From NCBI GenBank assembly GCA_027340875.1, contig DAIENX010000007.1:10750-74749 (forward strand): 64,000 nucleotides of DNA, in the 5' to 3' direction. Shown here one piece after another: positions 1 through 8,803 of this stretch. A program made the translations under genes and the position numbers. This stretch comes from Elusimicrobiota bacterium. GTDB lineage: Bacteria; Elusimicrobiota; Elusimicrobia; Elusimicrobiales; UBA9959. Every line of letters starts with the position of its first letter. The stretch's first letter is position 1. Below the pieces are notes generated by a model, which had not been told where the DNA came from, did no database searches, and saw nothing but the letters and a program-made list of their open reading frames with translations.

Positions 1-152
1 CCTCCTTAAATTCACTTCTTCCTAGGCTATATCGTGACATTTTACCCGCCCGCCTTTGATGAGCCGAATGGGGAAACGGACCGAAGTTTTTTGGCCTACG
101 CCCCGCGTGGGCCCGCGGCCACCGCGCCGCGGGCCCGGGCCGCGCCGGTTCC

Positions 153-182
153 TTGACAATACGACGGCGAAAGACATTTAAT
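153..182 (+). promoter_or_regulatory. Putative sigma70-type promoter for the ygeW-like gene
   Basis: TTGACA (153-158), an 18-nt spacer, then TTTAAT (177-182). It lies upstream of the SD-preceded ATG at 231. This is a motif match only. Confidence 0.4.
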
Positions 183-230
183 GAGATGGCCGCGCAAAGC
201 GGCCCAGAACGGATCGCCATGGAGATGAAA

Positions 231-1445
231 ATGCCCACAGGGACGCAAACCAAGAACACTACAGACCTCAGGACGGCCATAGCCGGGCTCGAAAAGCTGG
301 GCGCCGACCTTTACCACAAGGACTTCCTGCTGACCTGGCAGAAATCCGACGCCGAGATACACGCGGTCCTGAAGATCGCCGAGATACTCAAGGAGATGCA
401 CGCGCAGAACATCAGCGCGCGCATGTTCGAGACCGGCCTCGCCGTCTCCAACTTCCGCGACAACTCCACCCGCACGCGCTTCTCGTTCGCCAGCGCCTGC
501 AACCTGCTGGGCCTCGCCGTGCAGGACCTCGACGAGGGCAAGAGCCAGATCGCCCACGGCGAGACCGTGCGCGAGACCGCCAACATGATCTCGTTCCTGA
601 CCGAGGCCGTCGGCATCCGCGACGACATGTTCATCGGCAAGGGCCACACCTATATGAAGGAAGTGGCCGAGGCCCTCGACGACGGTTTCAAGCAGGGAGT
701 GCTGAACCAACGCCCGGCCGTGGTCAACCTCCAGTGCGACCTGGACCACCCGACGCAGAGCATGTCCGACCTGCTGTTCATCAAGAACCACTTCGGCGGC
801 TTCGAGAACCTCAAAGGCAAGAAGATCGCCATGACCTGGGCCTATTCCCCCAGCTACGGCAAGCCGCTCTCCGTGCCGCAGGGCGTCATAACCCTGATGA
901 GCCGCTTCGGCATGGAAGTGGAGCTCGCCTACCCCGAGGGCTACGACCTGCTGCCAGACACGATCGAGGTGGCCAAGAAGCACGCCAAGAAGTCCGGCGG
1001 CTCGTTCAAGGTCTCCAACAGCATGGAGAGCGCCTTCAAGAACGCCGACATCGTCTACCCGAAGAGCTGGGCTCCGTTCAAGGTGATGGAGCGCCGCACC
1101 GCGCTGCTCGAAGGTGGCGACCAGGCCGGCCTGAAGGCCCTCGAGAAGGAGTGCCTCGAGAACAACGCCAAGTTCAAGAGCTGGGAGTGCGACGAGGCCA
1201 GGATGAAGCTGACGAAGGGCGGCAAGGCTACCTACATGCACTGTCTGCCCGCCGACATCACCGACGTCAGCTGCAAGGCCGGCGAGGTGAGCGCGAAGGT
1301 CTTCGAAGGCGCCCGCATAGGCACCTACAAGGAAGCCGGCTACAAACCCTTCGTCATCGCCGCCATGATAGCGGCCTGCACGAAGAAGAACCCGGCCAAA
1401 CTGCTGGCCGAGCTCGTGAAGGCCGACCAGAAGCGCGTGCTGTAA
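231..1445 (+). CDS. ygeW: Knotted carbamoyltransferase, YgeW family (ornithine/aspartate carbamoyltransferase superfamily)
   Basis: Carbamoyl-phosphate motif NSTRTRFSF and the HCLPA motif (MHCLPAD) are present. Long stretches match E. coli YgeW as I recall it (KDFLLTW, DLDEGKSQIAHGETVRETANMISF, KKIAMTWAYSPSYGKPLSVPQG). The track ORF starts at a TTG at 153. GGAG lies 6 nt upstream of ATG 231. ATGs at 186, 219 and 225 are alternative starts. Confidence 0.9.
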   Translation: MPTGTQTKNTTDLRTAIAGLEKLGADLYHKDFLLTWQKSDAEIHAVLKIAEILKEMHAQNISARMFETGLAVSNFRDNSTRTRFSFASACNLLGLAVQDLDEGKSQIAHGETVRETANMISFLTEAVGIRDDMFIGKGHTYMKEVAEALDDGFKQGVLNQRPAVVNLQCDLDHPTQSMSDLLFIKNHFGGFENLKGKKIAMTWAYSPSYGKPLSVPQGVITLMSRFGMEVELAYPEGYDLLPDTIEVAKKHAKKSGGSFKVSNSMESAFKNADIVYPKSWAPFKVMERRTALLEGGDQAGLKALEKECLENNAKFKSWECDEARMKLTKGGKATYMHCLPADITDVSCKAGEVSAKVFEGARIGTYKEAGYKPFVIAAMIAACTKKNPAKLLAELVKADQKRVL

Positions 1446-1460
1446 TACAGGCCGCCGCCT

Positions 1461-1498
1461 AAAGAAGAAGGACGGGCACAGGCCCGTCCTTCTTCTTT
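1461..1498. terminator. Bidirectional intrinsic terminator hairpin between convergent ygeW and a HemN-like gene
   Basis: Perfect 16-17 bp stem: AAGAAGAAGGACGGGC (1462-1477), loop ACAG, GCCCGTCCTTCTTCTT (1482-1497). A- and T-rich arms are on both sides. It overlaps the TAA of the minus-strand gene. Confidence 0.75.
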
Positions 1499-2960
1499 AT
1501 CCGGCTTTCGGAAGCAGCCGGCCGGCTATATGTTCAGGGAAGGCCGGCAGTATCTCCCTAAGGAAACGTCCGAGCCCCACCAGGACCAGGCCGCAGAAAA
1601 GGCAGTCCTCGGGAGTGTTCCTGAGCAGACGTATATACCCGCCGCCCGCCTCTACATACCCGAGAGCCGCCAGTTCCCGCAAAGGGTCGGAAAATTCGGC
1701 CAGCGGGTCCAGGCCGAAGCTCTGCCGGAACTGCGCTATCATCACCGGAGCGCCGCTCCTGAAAGAGACGAACAGGTGCTTGAGCATCTCGTCGCGCAGA
1801 TCGATGGCTCCGCCCGAGAACATCTTGCTTCCGGAGTCGAACCGGCGCGGGACGCGCAGGCTCTGCGCATAGCCGAAGTCGCCGTAAAGCACCGACCTGG
1901 CCCCGCTGCCTATGCCCAGCGTGGAGAAAGAGGCCTGGGAGAAGCCGCTCGAATACGTGTAATATTCGAAATACTTGGCCGCCTTGTCCTTCCGGCAGAA
2001 CAGCCACTCCCGGGTCTGGACGCGGCGCAGCAGCACGTAGCCGCCGGCTTCGGCCAGCTCCAGCATCCTCTTTTCCGTCTTCCCGCGGAATTTCTCCAGG
2101 TGGCGGTAGATAGCTGCGGTATCCCCGCCGTAGAATTTCTTCACGTAGATCGCGGTAGGGCTGAGGCCGTATACGGTCACGGTCTCGGGGCCGCGCCCGA
2201 GCGTTCTTGAAAAGGACCGGAGGAAGCCGGCCGCGCTTTCCCCGTGCAGGCCCATTATCAGGTCGACGTTCATCCCGAAGGCGAAACCGGCGGAGCCGAT
2301 CCGGTCCATGAACTCGATGGCGGCGCCGGTCTTCTGCGGCCGGTTGATCGCCGCGCTCACCTTTTCGTCCAGGGTCTGCACGCCCATCGTGATCTTGTTC
2401 AGCCCGTGGGCCCGCGCGATGTCGATCTTTTCGCGGCTCATCGTGGACGGGGCGCACTCCATCACCTTCTGCCCGTCCTCGGCGAACGAGAAGGAGGAGA
2501 ATATGCCGTCCAGCAGCGCCGACAGCCCGGAGGCGTCCGGATAGCTGGGGGTGCCGCCGATGAAGAGGTGCCTCACCTTCAGCCCGCGGAAGGCCCCGCC
2601 GAAATAGCGCAGCTCCTCCGCTGTCGCTTTCAGGTAGTCCTTCACCTCCTCCGGCGACGCTCCGGTCTTGTTGTAGAACTCGCAGAAATCGCAGCGCGTG
2701 CTGCAGAACGGCACGCTCACGTAAAGATTTACGAAATGACCGGCGTAAGCGGCCGCGCGCCGGCGCAGGAAGAGCTTCCAGCGTTCCCTGGCTTCCCGCG
2801 CGGAGAGCGGGACCTCTTTCCTCTCGCTGGACATCTTGTAATAGAGGTCGGCCAGGTCGAAGCTGTTGGCGCACAGCACGGCGGCCGTGCGGCGCAGCAG
2901 GGCCAGGCCGGCCAGACGCCTTTTGTCCCCGGAGACGCCGCGCGGCTTTCCTGCGCCCAT
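1497..2960 (-). CDS. HemN/HemW-like (class C) radical SAM protein, paralogue 1
   Basis: CX3CX2C motif (VPFCSTRCDFCEFY), a GGTPS motif and GVQTLDEKV..INRPQ. The N-terminal extension carries FDLADLYYKM, shared with the gene at 5866-7365. The ATG at 2960 overlaps the TGA of the upstream gene by 1 nt (TGATG). Confidence 0.85.
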   Translation of the reverse strand: MGAGKPRGVSGDKRRLAGLALLRRTAAVLCANSFDLADLYYKMSSERKEVPLSAREARERWKLFLRRRAAAYAGHFVNLYVSVPFCSTRCDFCEFYNKTGASPEEVKDYLKATAEELRYFGGAFRGLKVRHLFIGGTPSYPDASGLSALLDGIFSSFSFAEDGQKVMECAPSTMSREKIDIARAHGLNKITMGVQTLDEKVSAAINRPQKTGAAIEFMDRIGSAGFAFGMNVDLIMGLHGESAAGFLRSFSRTLGRGPETVTVYGLSPTAIYVKKFYGGDTAAIYRHLEKFRGKTEKRMLELAEAGGYVLLRRVQTREWLFCRKDKAAKYFEYYTYSSGFSQASFSTLGIGSGARSVLYGDFGYAQSLRVPRRFDSGSKMFSGGAIDLRDEMLKHLFVSFRSGAPVMIAQFRQSFGLDPLAEFSDPLRELAALGYVEAGGGYIRLLRNTPEDCLFCGLVLVGLGRFLREILPAFPEHIAGRLLPKAG

Positions 2961-4372
2961 CAGCGCGCCCCCCCTCCGAGACCGGAGATATCCGGAGCGC
3001 TCCGGCCGGAGGCGCTCCTGATCAGGAACATGATGATCAGGAAACGCGCCTTCTTGGTCCAGTAGTTCAGGTGCAGGTCCCCGTCCTTTATAGTTATGGC
3101 GCCGGCTTTGGACAGCGCGGCGAGCGGCTTCCTGAACACCTCGAGGTAGTCCTCGGCGAAGGCCCTGCGCATATAGTCGCCGGGCACCATGTTGTTGTGC
3201 TTGTCCAGGGAGAACACCATGTGCCAGAGCATCTCGTACTTCAGGCCGTGCCTGGAGAAGACCATCTTCTTCCCGTCCGGAGAGAAGCCGCCGCGCAGCG
3301 AATGCTCCGCGTGGTACAGCCCGTAGCCGAAGATGTTGGACTTAGCGCTGGGCCCCAGTCCCAGCACCGAATAGGCGTGCACGTTGTCTATCGTGTAGCC
3401 TCCGGTGGGCTCCTTCTCGAACTCCTTTATGTAGCGGGGAGTGAGCATCGTGTAGACGCGGTTCTCGTAGTGGGAAGGGTCGTAATCCGGGAAGATGAAG
3501 CCGTGCCTGTCCGCCAGCCTCTTCAGCCCCGGAAGCACGGCCCTGGCGAACCTGTTTATATCGTCCACGCACCGCGCATTGTCGTCCCCGTAGAAGTCGC
3601 GCAGGTAGTCCGGCTGCGGCACCAGCCTGTGCACGCTGATGCTGCCAGGCCCCAGCTTCATCACGCGGTCGGCCGTGTCCAGGAACGCCGCTGGCGTGTC
3701 CTTGGTCAGGCCGAGCAGCAGGTCGATGTTCAGCATCGGGATGCCGGAGCGCTTGAGCCGGCCCTGCAGCGCGACAATGTCCCGCCACGTCTGGCAGTCC
3801 CTGTTCACCCGGCTCAGCGTCCTCCTGTTGAGCGTCTGCACCCCGAAGCTGACGCGGTTCAGGCCGTGTTTCTTTATCACGGCCAGGTGCCGCGGCGTCA
3901 TGTTGAGGGGATGGCATTCCAGCCCCCGCTCTCCGGTAGGTCCGAACTTGAACAGCGAGAAGACGCCGGACAGCACGCGGTCCAGCTGCTCCGGGGAAAG
4001 CGTGCTGGGGGTCCCGCCTCCCACGTATAGGTGGGTCACCTTCACCCCCTTCAGCGCCGGCGCCATGAAGGCCATCTCCGCTAGGAGGTCGCGCAGGAAG
4101 CGTTCCACGCTTTCCGGTCCGCCCGGTTCTTCGGAGAAGTACATGCAGTACTTGCAGCGGTGCGCGCAGAAAGGCACATGCACGTAGATACTGAGCAGCT
4201 CCTGCTTGCGGCCGGTCTTTATGTCCGCGGCCAGACCGGACCACAGGGCGCGGACCTGCCTCGGGCTAAGCAGGGATTTCGGCGCGCGGTAATGCAGCAT
4301 CGCCGTGTCCAGGCTCTCGTAGAAGTCCGGGGCTATCCTTTCCGGACCCGTTTTTCCGCTGCGTTCGGTCAT
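2960..4372 (-). CDS. HemN/HemW-like (class C) radical SAM protein, paralogue 2
   Basis: VHVPFCAHRCKYCMYF (CX3CX2C), LYVGGGTPSTL, and GVQTLNRRTLSRVNR. Normal amino-acid composition, unlike the antisense ORFs. Confidence 0.85.
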   Translation of the reverse strand: MTERSGKTGPERIAPDFYESLDTAMLHYRAPKSLLSPRQVRALWSGLAADIKTGRKQELLSIYVHVPFCAHRCKYCMYFSEEPGGPESVERFLRDLLAEMAFMAPALKGVKVTHLYVGGGTPSTLSPEQLDRVLSGVFSLFKFGPTGERGLECHPLNMTPRHLAVIKKHGLNRVSFGVQTLNRRTLSRVNRDCQTWRDIVALQGRLKRSGIPMLNIDLLLGLTKDTPAAFLDTADRVMKLGPGSISVHRLVPQPDYLRDFYGDDNARCVDDINRFARAVLPGLKRLADRHGFIFPDYDPSHYENRVYTMLTPRYIKEFEKEPTGGYTIDNVHAYSVLGLGPSAKSNIFGYGLYHAEHSLRGGFSPDGKKMVFSRHGLKYEMLWHMVFSLDKHNNMVPGDYMRRAFAEDYLEVFRKPLAALSKAGAITIKDGDLHLNYWTKKARFLIIMFLIRSASGRSAPDISGLGGGAR

Positions 4373-4437
4373 AATCCTGGAGCGGCCCCTCGGCCGCCTT
4401 TCTATGATACAAAAACGGGACGCGTTTTCGGCCGGCA

Positions 4438-4470
4438 GGAAAAGGAAAGCCCCGCCGGAGCGGGGCTTTC
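4438..4470 (-). terminator. Intrinsic terminator downstream of ygeY
   Basis: 11-bp stem: GAAAGCCCCGC (4445-4455), 4-nt loop, GCGGGGCTTTC (4460-4470). On the minus strand it is followed by CTTTTCC. Confidence 0.7.
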
Positions 4471-4491
4471 GGTCTTAACGCCGCCGGGCGC

Positions 4492-5682
4492 TTACAGGTA
4501 CTGCGGCAGCGCGGCGTAGAACGCGGCGGCCTTCACCAGGTCCGCCGCGGGCATGAACTCATTGACGGTGTGCGCGTACACCTCGTTGCCGGGGCCGAAG
4601 CCGATCGTAGGTATCTTCAGGCGGCCGGCCGAGGCCACGCCGTTCGTGGAGAACACCCACTTGTCGACCACGGGGTTCTTGCCGAGGGCGACCTTGCCCG
4701 CCAGCTCGCCGGCCTTCACCAGCTTGTGCTCGCGCGGCAGCACCCAGGTGGGGAAGTACTTCTCCTGGTCCACCTTGGCGCCGGTCCAGGCGACGGCGTT
4801 GTACCACAGCACCTCGACCCTGGCCTTGGCCTTCTTCACGGCGGGCAGCTTGTTGATCTCGGCGACCGAGCTCTTCAGCGTCTCGCCCACGGTAAGGCGG
4901 CGGTCCAGGTAGATCGTGCACTCGTCGGGCACGGCGTTGAGGGACGGGGTCTTGCACTCTATCGAGGTCACGGCCACGGTGCCCTTGCCGATGAACTTGT
5001 CGTTCTTGAGGCGCTTGTTGAGGGCGGTGATCTCGTTGATGATGCCGGTCATCTTCACCACGGCGTTGTCGCCGCGCTCCGGGGCGCTGGCGTGGCAGCT
5101 GCGGCCCTTCGTGACGACCTTCATCTCCATGCGGCCGCGGTGGCCGCGGTAGACCTTCAGGTCGGTGGGCTCGGTGATCACTACGAAGTCCGGCCTGATC
5201 TTCTCTTTGTTGACGATGTGGAGGATCGGCAGGCCGTCGCAGTCCTCCTCCATCACGGAGCCGACCACGATCAGCGTGTAGTCGCCCTCGAGCTTCAGGT
5301 CCTTTATGATCTTACCCGCGTAGACCATCGAGGCCATCGACAGCTTCTGGTCGGTGGCGCCGCGGCCGTAGATCGTGTCGTTCTTGTAGATGCCCGCGAA
5401 CGGGTCTATCTTCCAGGCCTTCGGGTCGCCTATACCGACGGTGTCGATGTGGGCGTCCATCATGATCTTCTTCCTGCCGTGGCCGATGAAGCCGATCACG
5501 TTGCCGATCTTGTCGACCTTCACCTTGTCGAAGCCGACCTTGAGCATCTCCTTCTTTATCAGGGCGACGAGCTTGCCCTCCTGGCACGAGAAACTGGGGG
5601 TCCGGATGATGTTGCGCGCGAAGGCCACGATGTCCTTCTTGTACTTGTCCGCGGCCTTGCGTATCAGTTCTGCCTTGTTCAT
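4492..5682 (-). CDS. ygeY: YgeY-family M20 metallopeptidase (selenium-metabolism-linked hydrolase family)
   Basis: M20/ArgE/DapE-type motifs (MDAHIDTV, YGRGATDQK, SVMEEDCDG, GFGPG). It is a neighbour of ygeW as in enterobacteria. A strong SD (AAGGAGA) lies upstream of the ATG at 5682. Confidence 0.9.
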   Translation of the reverse strand: MNKAELIRKAADKYKKDIVAFARNIIRTPSFSCQEGKLVALIKKEMLKVGFDKVKVDKIGNVIGFIGHGRKKIMMDAHIDTVGIGDPKAWKIDPFAGIYKNDTIYGRGATDQKLSMASMVYAGKIIKDLKLEGDYTLIVVGSVMEEDCDGLPILHIVNKEKIRPDFVVITEPTDLKVYRGHRGRMEMKVVTKGRSCHASAPERGDNAVVKMTGIINEITALNKRLKNDKFIGKGTVAVTSIECKTPSLNAVPDECTIYLDRRLTVGETLKSSVAEINKLPAVKKAKARVEVLWYNAVAWTGAKVDQEKYFPTWVLPREHKLVKAGELAGKVALGKNPVVDKWVFSTNGVASAGRLKIPTIGFGPGNEVYAHTVNEFMPAADLVKAAAFYAALPQYL

Positions 5683-5865
5683 TTTATCTCCTTGGGGCGG
5701 CCGGCGCCTGGCGGCGGCGCGGCGGCGTTACGCCCATATTCTATTCAATAGCCGCGGACCTTGTAAACTTGCCTTGCGCTTGCAGGCCCCGGGGAAAATA
5801 GATACAGTCTAGTTGCCCGCGGTCCGGGCCGGGAACTCCGTTCCCCCGCCGGGCCGCCTCCCGAT

Positions 5866-7365
5866 ATGACCCGAACTAGAACCACCGGAACGGCCAGAGC
5901 GGCGCGCCTGCTGCTGATGGGCAGAACGGCGCGCCTGCTCTCCGAGAACGGGTTCGACCTCTGCGACCTGTACTACCGCATGGCCAGCAAGAAGGGCGCG
6001 GAGCGCTTTTCCTCCGAGAGAGCGGCGGCCCTCTGGGAGGAGTTCCTGCGCACCCGCCACCGCGCCGCCGGCGGGCTTACCAACGTCTACGTGAACGTCC
6101 CTTTCTGCAAGACCCGCTGCAGTTTCTGCGGTCTTTACACCCGGCCCGGCGCGGGCCGGCGGGAGATGGAGAGCTACACCTCGGCCCTGATAAGCGAGAT
6201 AGAGCGCTTCGGCCGCGCGTTCCGCGGCGTGAAGGTGAACCATCTTTACGTCGGCGGGACTCCCAGCAGGCTGGACGACGCGGCCTTCGAACGCCTGCTC
6301 GGCGCCATCTTCTCCGGCTTCAGCTTCACTCCGGAAGGCAACCGCATACTCGAATGCGCGCCCAGCAGCATGACCGTGGAGAAACTGCGCGCCGCCGCGG
6401 ACCGCGGCTTCAACAAGATAAACATAGGCGTGCAGACCCTCGACGAGAAGGTGCTGAAGGCCATAGACCGCCCGCAGGACCGCGCCGCCGTGCTGCGCCT
6501 GGTCGGGAGCGTGAACTCCCTCGGCCTGAAGTTCGGCTGCAACGTCGACCTGATAATGGGCCTCTACGGCGAGACGGCCGGGGGCTTCCTGGACTCCTTC
6601 CGCGCGATGGTGAAAAGCTCCCCGCAGACCATCTCGGTCTACGACCTCTACCTGATACCCAGCTACGTGGACAGGTATTACGGCGGCGACCACGGAGCGG
6701 CCGAGGCCGCGCTGGCGCGCGTCCGCGCCGAGGCGGAAGGGCCGATGAGGAAGATGGCGGCCGAGGCCGGCTACGTCCTGACCTGCCGCAACAACTCCAG
6801 GGAATGGGTGTTCAGCCGCCGGGAGAGCCTGAAGAACTACTCGCTTTACACCATCTATACCGGGGAATTCTCCCCCGCGCCGTTCTCCACGCTGGGCCTG
6901 GGGGCCGCGGCCAGGTCGCTGATGTACGGCTACTACAGCTATATGCAGGACGCCGGGACGATGCGGGACTTCTCCCCGGCCGCCCCGATCTTCTCGGGCA
7001 CGCCGGTCAGCATGGACGGCGAGATGATAAAGTTCCTGTTCGTCTGTTTCAGGACCGGGGTTCCGGTCTCGCTGGACTATTTCAGGAAGCGCTTCAAGAC
7101 TGACCTGCTGAAGAGGTTCAAGGCCCCGCTGGCGGAGCTGGCCGGGCTCGGCTACCTTAAGATGACCGGCAGAAAGGTGGAGCTGACCTGCTCCACCCCC
7201 GCCAGCCTCGTCTTCTGCGGCCTGTGCCTGATCGGCATGGAGAGGTTCGTCCGCGAGGCCCTGCCCTTCTTCCCTGAGAACATCCGCAGTTCTTTCGCCG
7301 GCGCCGCGGCGGGGCGCCCGGAGCGTAGCCACCCGCCGGTCAGGCACCGCAACAGCAGGCTCTGA
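5866..7365 (+). CDS. HemN/HemW-like (class C) radical SAM protein, paralogue 3
   Basis: VNVPFCKTRCSFCGLY, LYVGGTPSRL, GVQTLDEKVLKAIDRPQ. The N-terminal FDLCDLYYRM matches the paralogue at 1497-2960. Confidence 0.85.
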   Translation: MTRTRTTGTARAARLLLMGRTARLLSENGFDLCDLYYRMASKKGAERFSSERAAALWEEFLRTRHRAAGGLTNVYVNVPFCKTRCSFCGLYTRPGAGRREMESYTSALISEIERFGRAFRGVKVNHLYVGGTPSRLDDAAFERLLGAIFSGFSFTPEGNRILECAPSSMTVEKLRAAADRGFNKINIGVQTLDEKVLKAIDRPQDRAAVLRLVGSVNSLGLKFGCNVDLIMGLYGETAGGFLDSFRAMVKSSPQTISVYDLYLIPSYVDRYYGGDHGAAEAALARVRAEAEGPMRKMAAEAGYVLTCRNNSREWVFSRRESLKNYSLYTIYTGEFSPAPFSTLGLGAAARSLMYGYYSYMQDAGTMRDFSPAAPIFSGTPVSMDGEMIKFLFVCFRTGVPVSLDYFRKRFKTDLLKRFKAPLAELAGLGYLKMTGRKVELTCSTPASLVFCGLCLIGMERFVREALPFFPENIRSSFAGAAAGRPERSHPPVRHRNSRL

Positions 7366-7372
7366 TCCGCTC

Positions 7373-8779
7373 CTATTCGAAGCAGAACATCTTCATTATC
7401 TTTTCCGAGAGCGGCGCGCAGGCCTCCGGGCCGCGCGAGGAAGCCGCGCGGTAGCGCCAGTCCTCCCCTTTGCCGGCCCTGACGGCGCGGACGAAGTCCA
7501 GCATTTCCGGGATCAGGCAGGTCTCCGGGTTCATCAGCGGGTTCCAGCACCTCTTCGGCGACGCGGCCGTCAGCAGCTTGTAATATTCGCCGCAGAACGC
7601 GGCCCCGGACTTCGGGCGGGCCAGCTCCGCCCAGCCGGAGCAGAAGCCGTCGTACTTATTCCTCCCGTCCCTGAGCGCGGCGTAGGCCGAGAGGTACGGC
7701 AGGGCCGCCTCCTCGCAGGTACGCTTGAGGTCCGGATGTATGGAGCTCAGCGGAGCGCAGCCCTCCAGCGAGCCTTTCGAGAGGGAGACGCAGACGCCGT
7801 ACTCCGCCAGCGCGTCCCACAGGTGCTGCTCCGGCATATGCCTGGCGTCGCCGGAATAGTTCGCTATGACGGTGGATACGTCCACCTTCCGGCCGGCGCA
7901 CCTGTCCTCGCCTTTCGGCTGCCCGCCGCCGTCGCCGCTGTTGCGGTACTCGCGCAGCGCGGTGATGGCCTTGCCGCCGCGCATGTTCTTCAGCGCGGCT
8001 ACGGCGGCCTCGCGCACGCGCGGCGAATCGTCCTTCAGCGCCACTATCGCGGCGTCCACGGCCGCCGGCTTGTCGATCATACCGAAGGCTTCCACCGCGT
8101 AGGTCCTGGCCAGCGGGTCCCTGTCCTTCATCATCTCCAGGGCGGCCCCGAAGGCCTTGTCCCTGTCTATCTGCACCAGCGCCCGCAGCGCCTTGGTGCG
8201 CACGTAGATGCCGGGGTCGCCCAGCAAAGCCGATACCGGCTTATAAGTGGACGGCTCCGCTATCCTGCCCAAGGCCTGGACGGCCTTCTCCCTTATCTGC
8301 TCCTCCGGGTTTCTGAGGCTCTTCACGAGGAAGTCGACGGCCCGCTTGTCCCCTATAACGCCCAGCACCTTTATCTCCCACAGCATCGCGGCCGGGCCGC
8401 TCCGCTCCGCCGCGCGCAGTATGGCGGGCACGGCGTCCCCGCCCATGTCCTCGAGCGCCCTTTCGGCGGCGCCCCTTAATTCGGACTCGTCGGAACCGAG
8501 GAAGCCGATAAGGGCGGTCACGTTCCTCTCGCCGCGCGCCTTTACCAGGGTATTCCTGGCGGCCTGGCGCTTCTTGTCGTCCGGAGACTCGAGCAGGCGC
8601 AGCAGGGCCTTCTCGCTCTCAGCGTCCAGCGAGGCGGCGCGCACCTCGCGCATCGCGGCCTCCCTGACGGACCTGGCCTGCGCCGCCGGGGCGGCGGGCG
8701 CTTCTCCGGCCCGCGCCGGGACCCCGGCCGCGGCCAGCGCTATAGGGACCATCAGCATGCGCAATACGGTTCTCTTCAT
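7373..8779 (-). CDS. Exported HEAT-repeat (PBS-lyase-like HEAT) protein with a C-terminal Cys-rich domain
   Basis: Signal peptide MKRTVLRMLMVPIALAAAGVPARA. Multiple HEAT-like repeats (e.g. DDSPRVREAAVAALKNM). The C-terminal ~190 aa carry about 10 Cys and are homologous to the C-terminus of 27316-28365. SD AGGAGGAG precedes the ATG at 8779. This is the last gene of the long minus-strand train. Confidence 0.8.
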   Translation of the reverse strand: MKRTVLRMLMVPIALAAAGVPARAGEAPAAPAAQARSVREAAMREVRAASLDAESEKALLRLLESPDDKKRQAARNTLVKARGERNVTALIGFLGSDESELRGAAERALEDMGGDAVPAILRAAERSGPAAMLWEIKVLGVIGDKRAVDFLVKSLRNPEEQIREKAVQALGRIAEPSTYKPVSALLGDPGIYVRTKALRALVQIDRDKAFGAALEMMKDRDPLARTYAVEAFGMIDKPAAVDAAIVALKDDSPRVREAAVAALKNMRGGKAITALREYRNSGDGGGQPKGEDRCAGRKVDVSTVIANYSGDARHMPEQHLWDALAEYGVCVSLSKGSLEGCAPLSSIHPDLKRTCEEAALPYLSAYAALRDGRNKYDGFCSGWAELARPKSGAAFCGEYYKLLTAASPKRCWNPLMNPETCLIPEMLDFVRAVRAGKGEDWRYRAASSRGPEACAPLSEKIMKMFCFE

Positions 8780-8803
8780 TTCTCCTCCTGGCGCTCCGGG
8801 ACT

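Noticed and set aside
109-136. An 11-bp GC hairpin (GGGCCCGCGGC-CACCGC-GCCGCGGGCCC) upstream of the ygeW promoter.
   Set aside because: It has no T tract in a position consistent with a terminator for either strand. The flanking gene lies outside the window, so its role cannot be assessed. It may simply be a GC-rich palindrome.
153-230. The N-terminal extension of the ygeW ORF (the track starts it at 153).
   Set aside because: The codon at 153 is TTG and coincides with the -35 hexamer TTGACA of the predicted promoter. The homologous region of YgeW begins near the ATG cluster at 219-231, and ATG 231 has the best SD.
5780-5808. A possible promoter (TTGCAG-17 nt-TACAGT) for the HemN-like gene at 5866.
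   Set aside because: Both hexamers match consensus weakly and no SD precedes the ATG. That is not enough support to call a feature.
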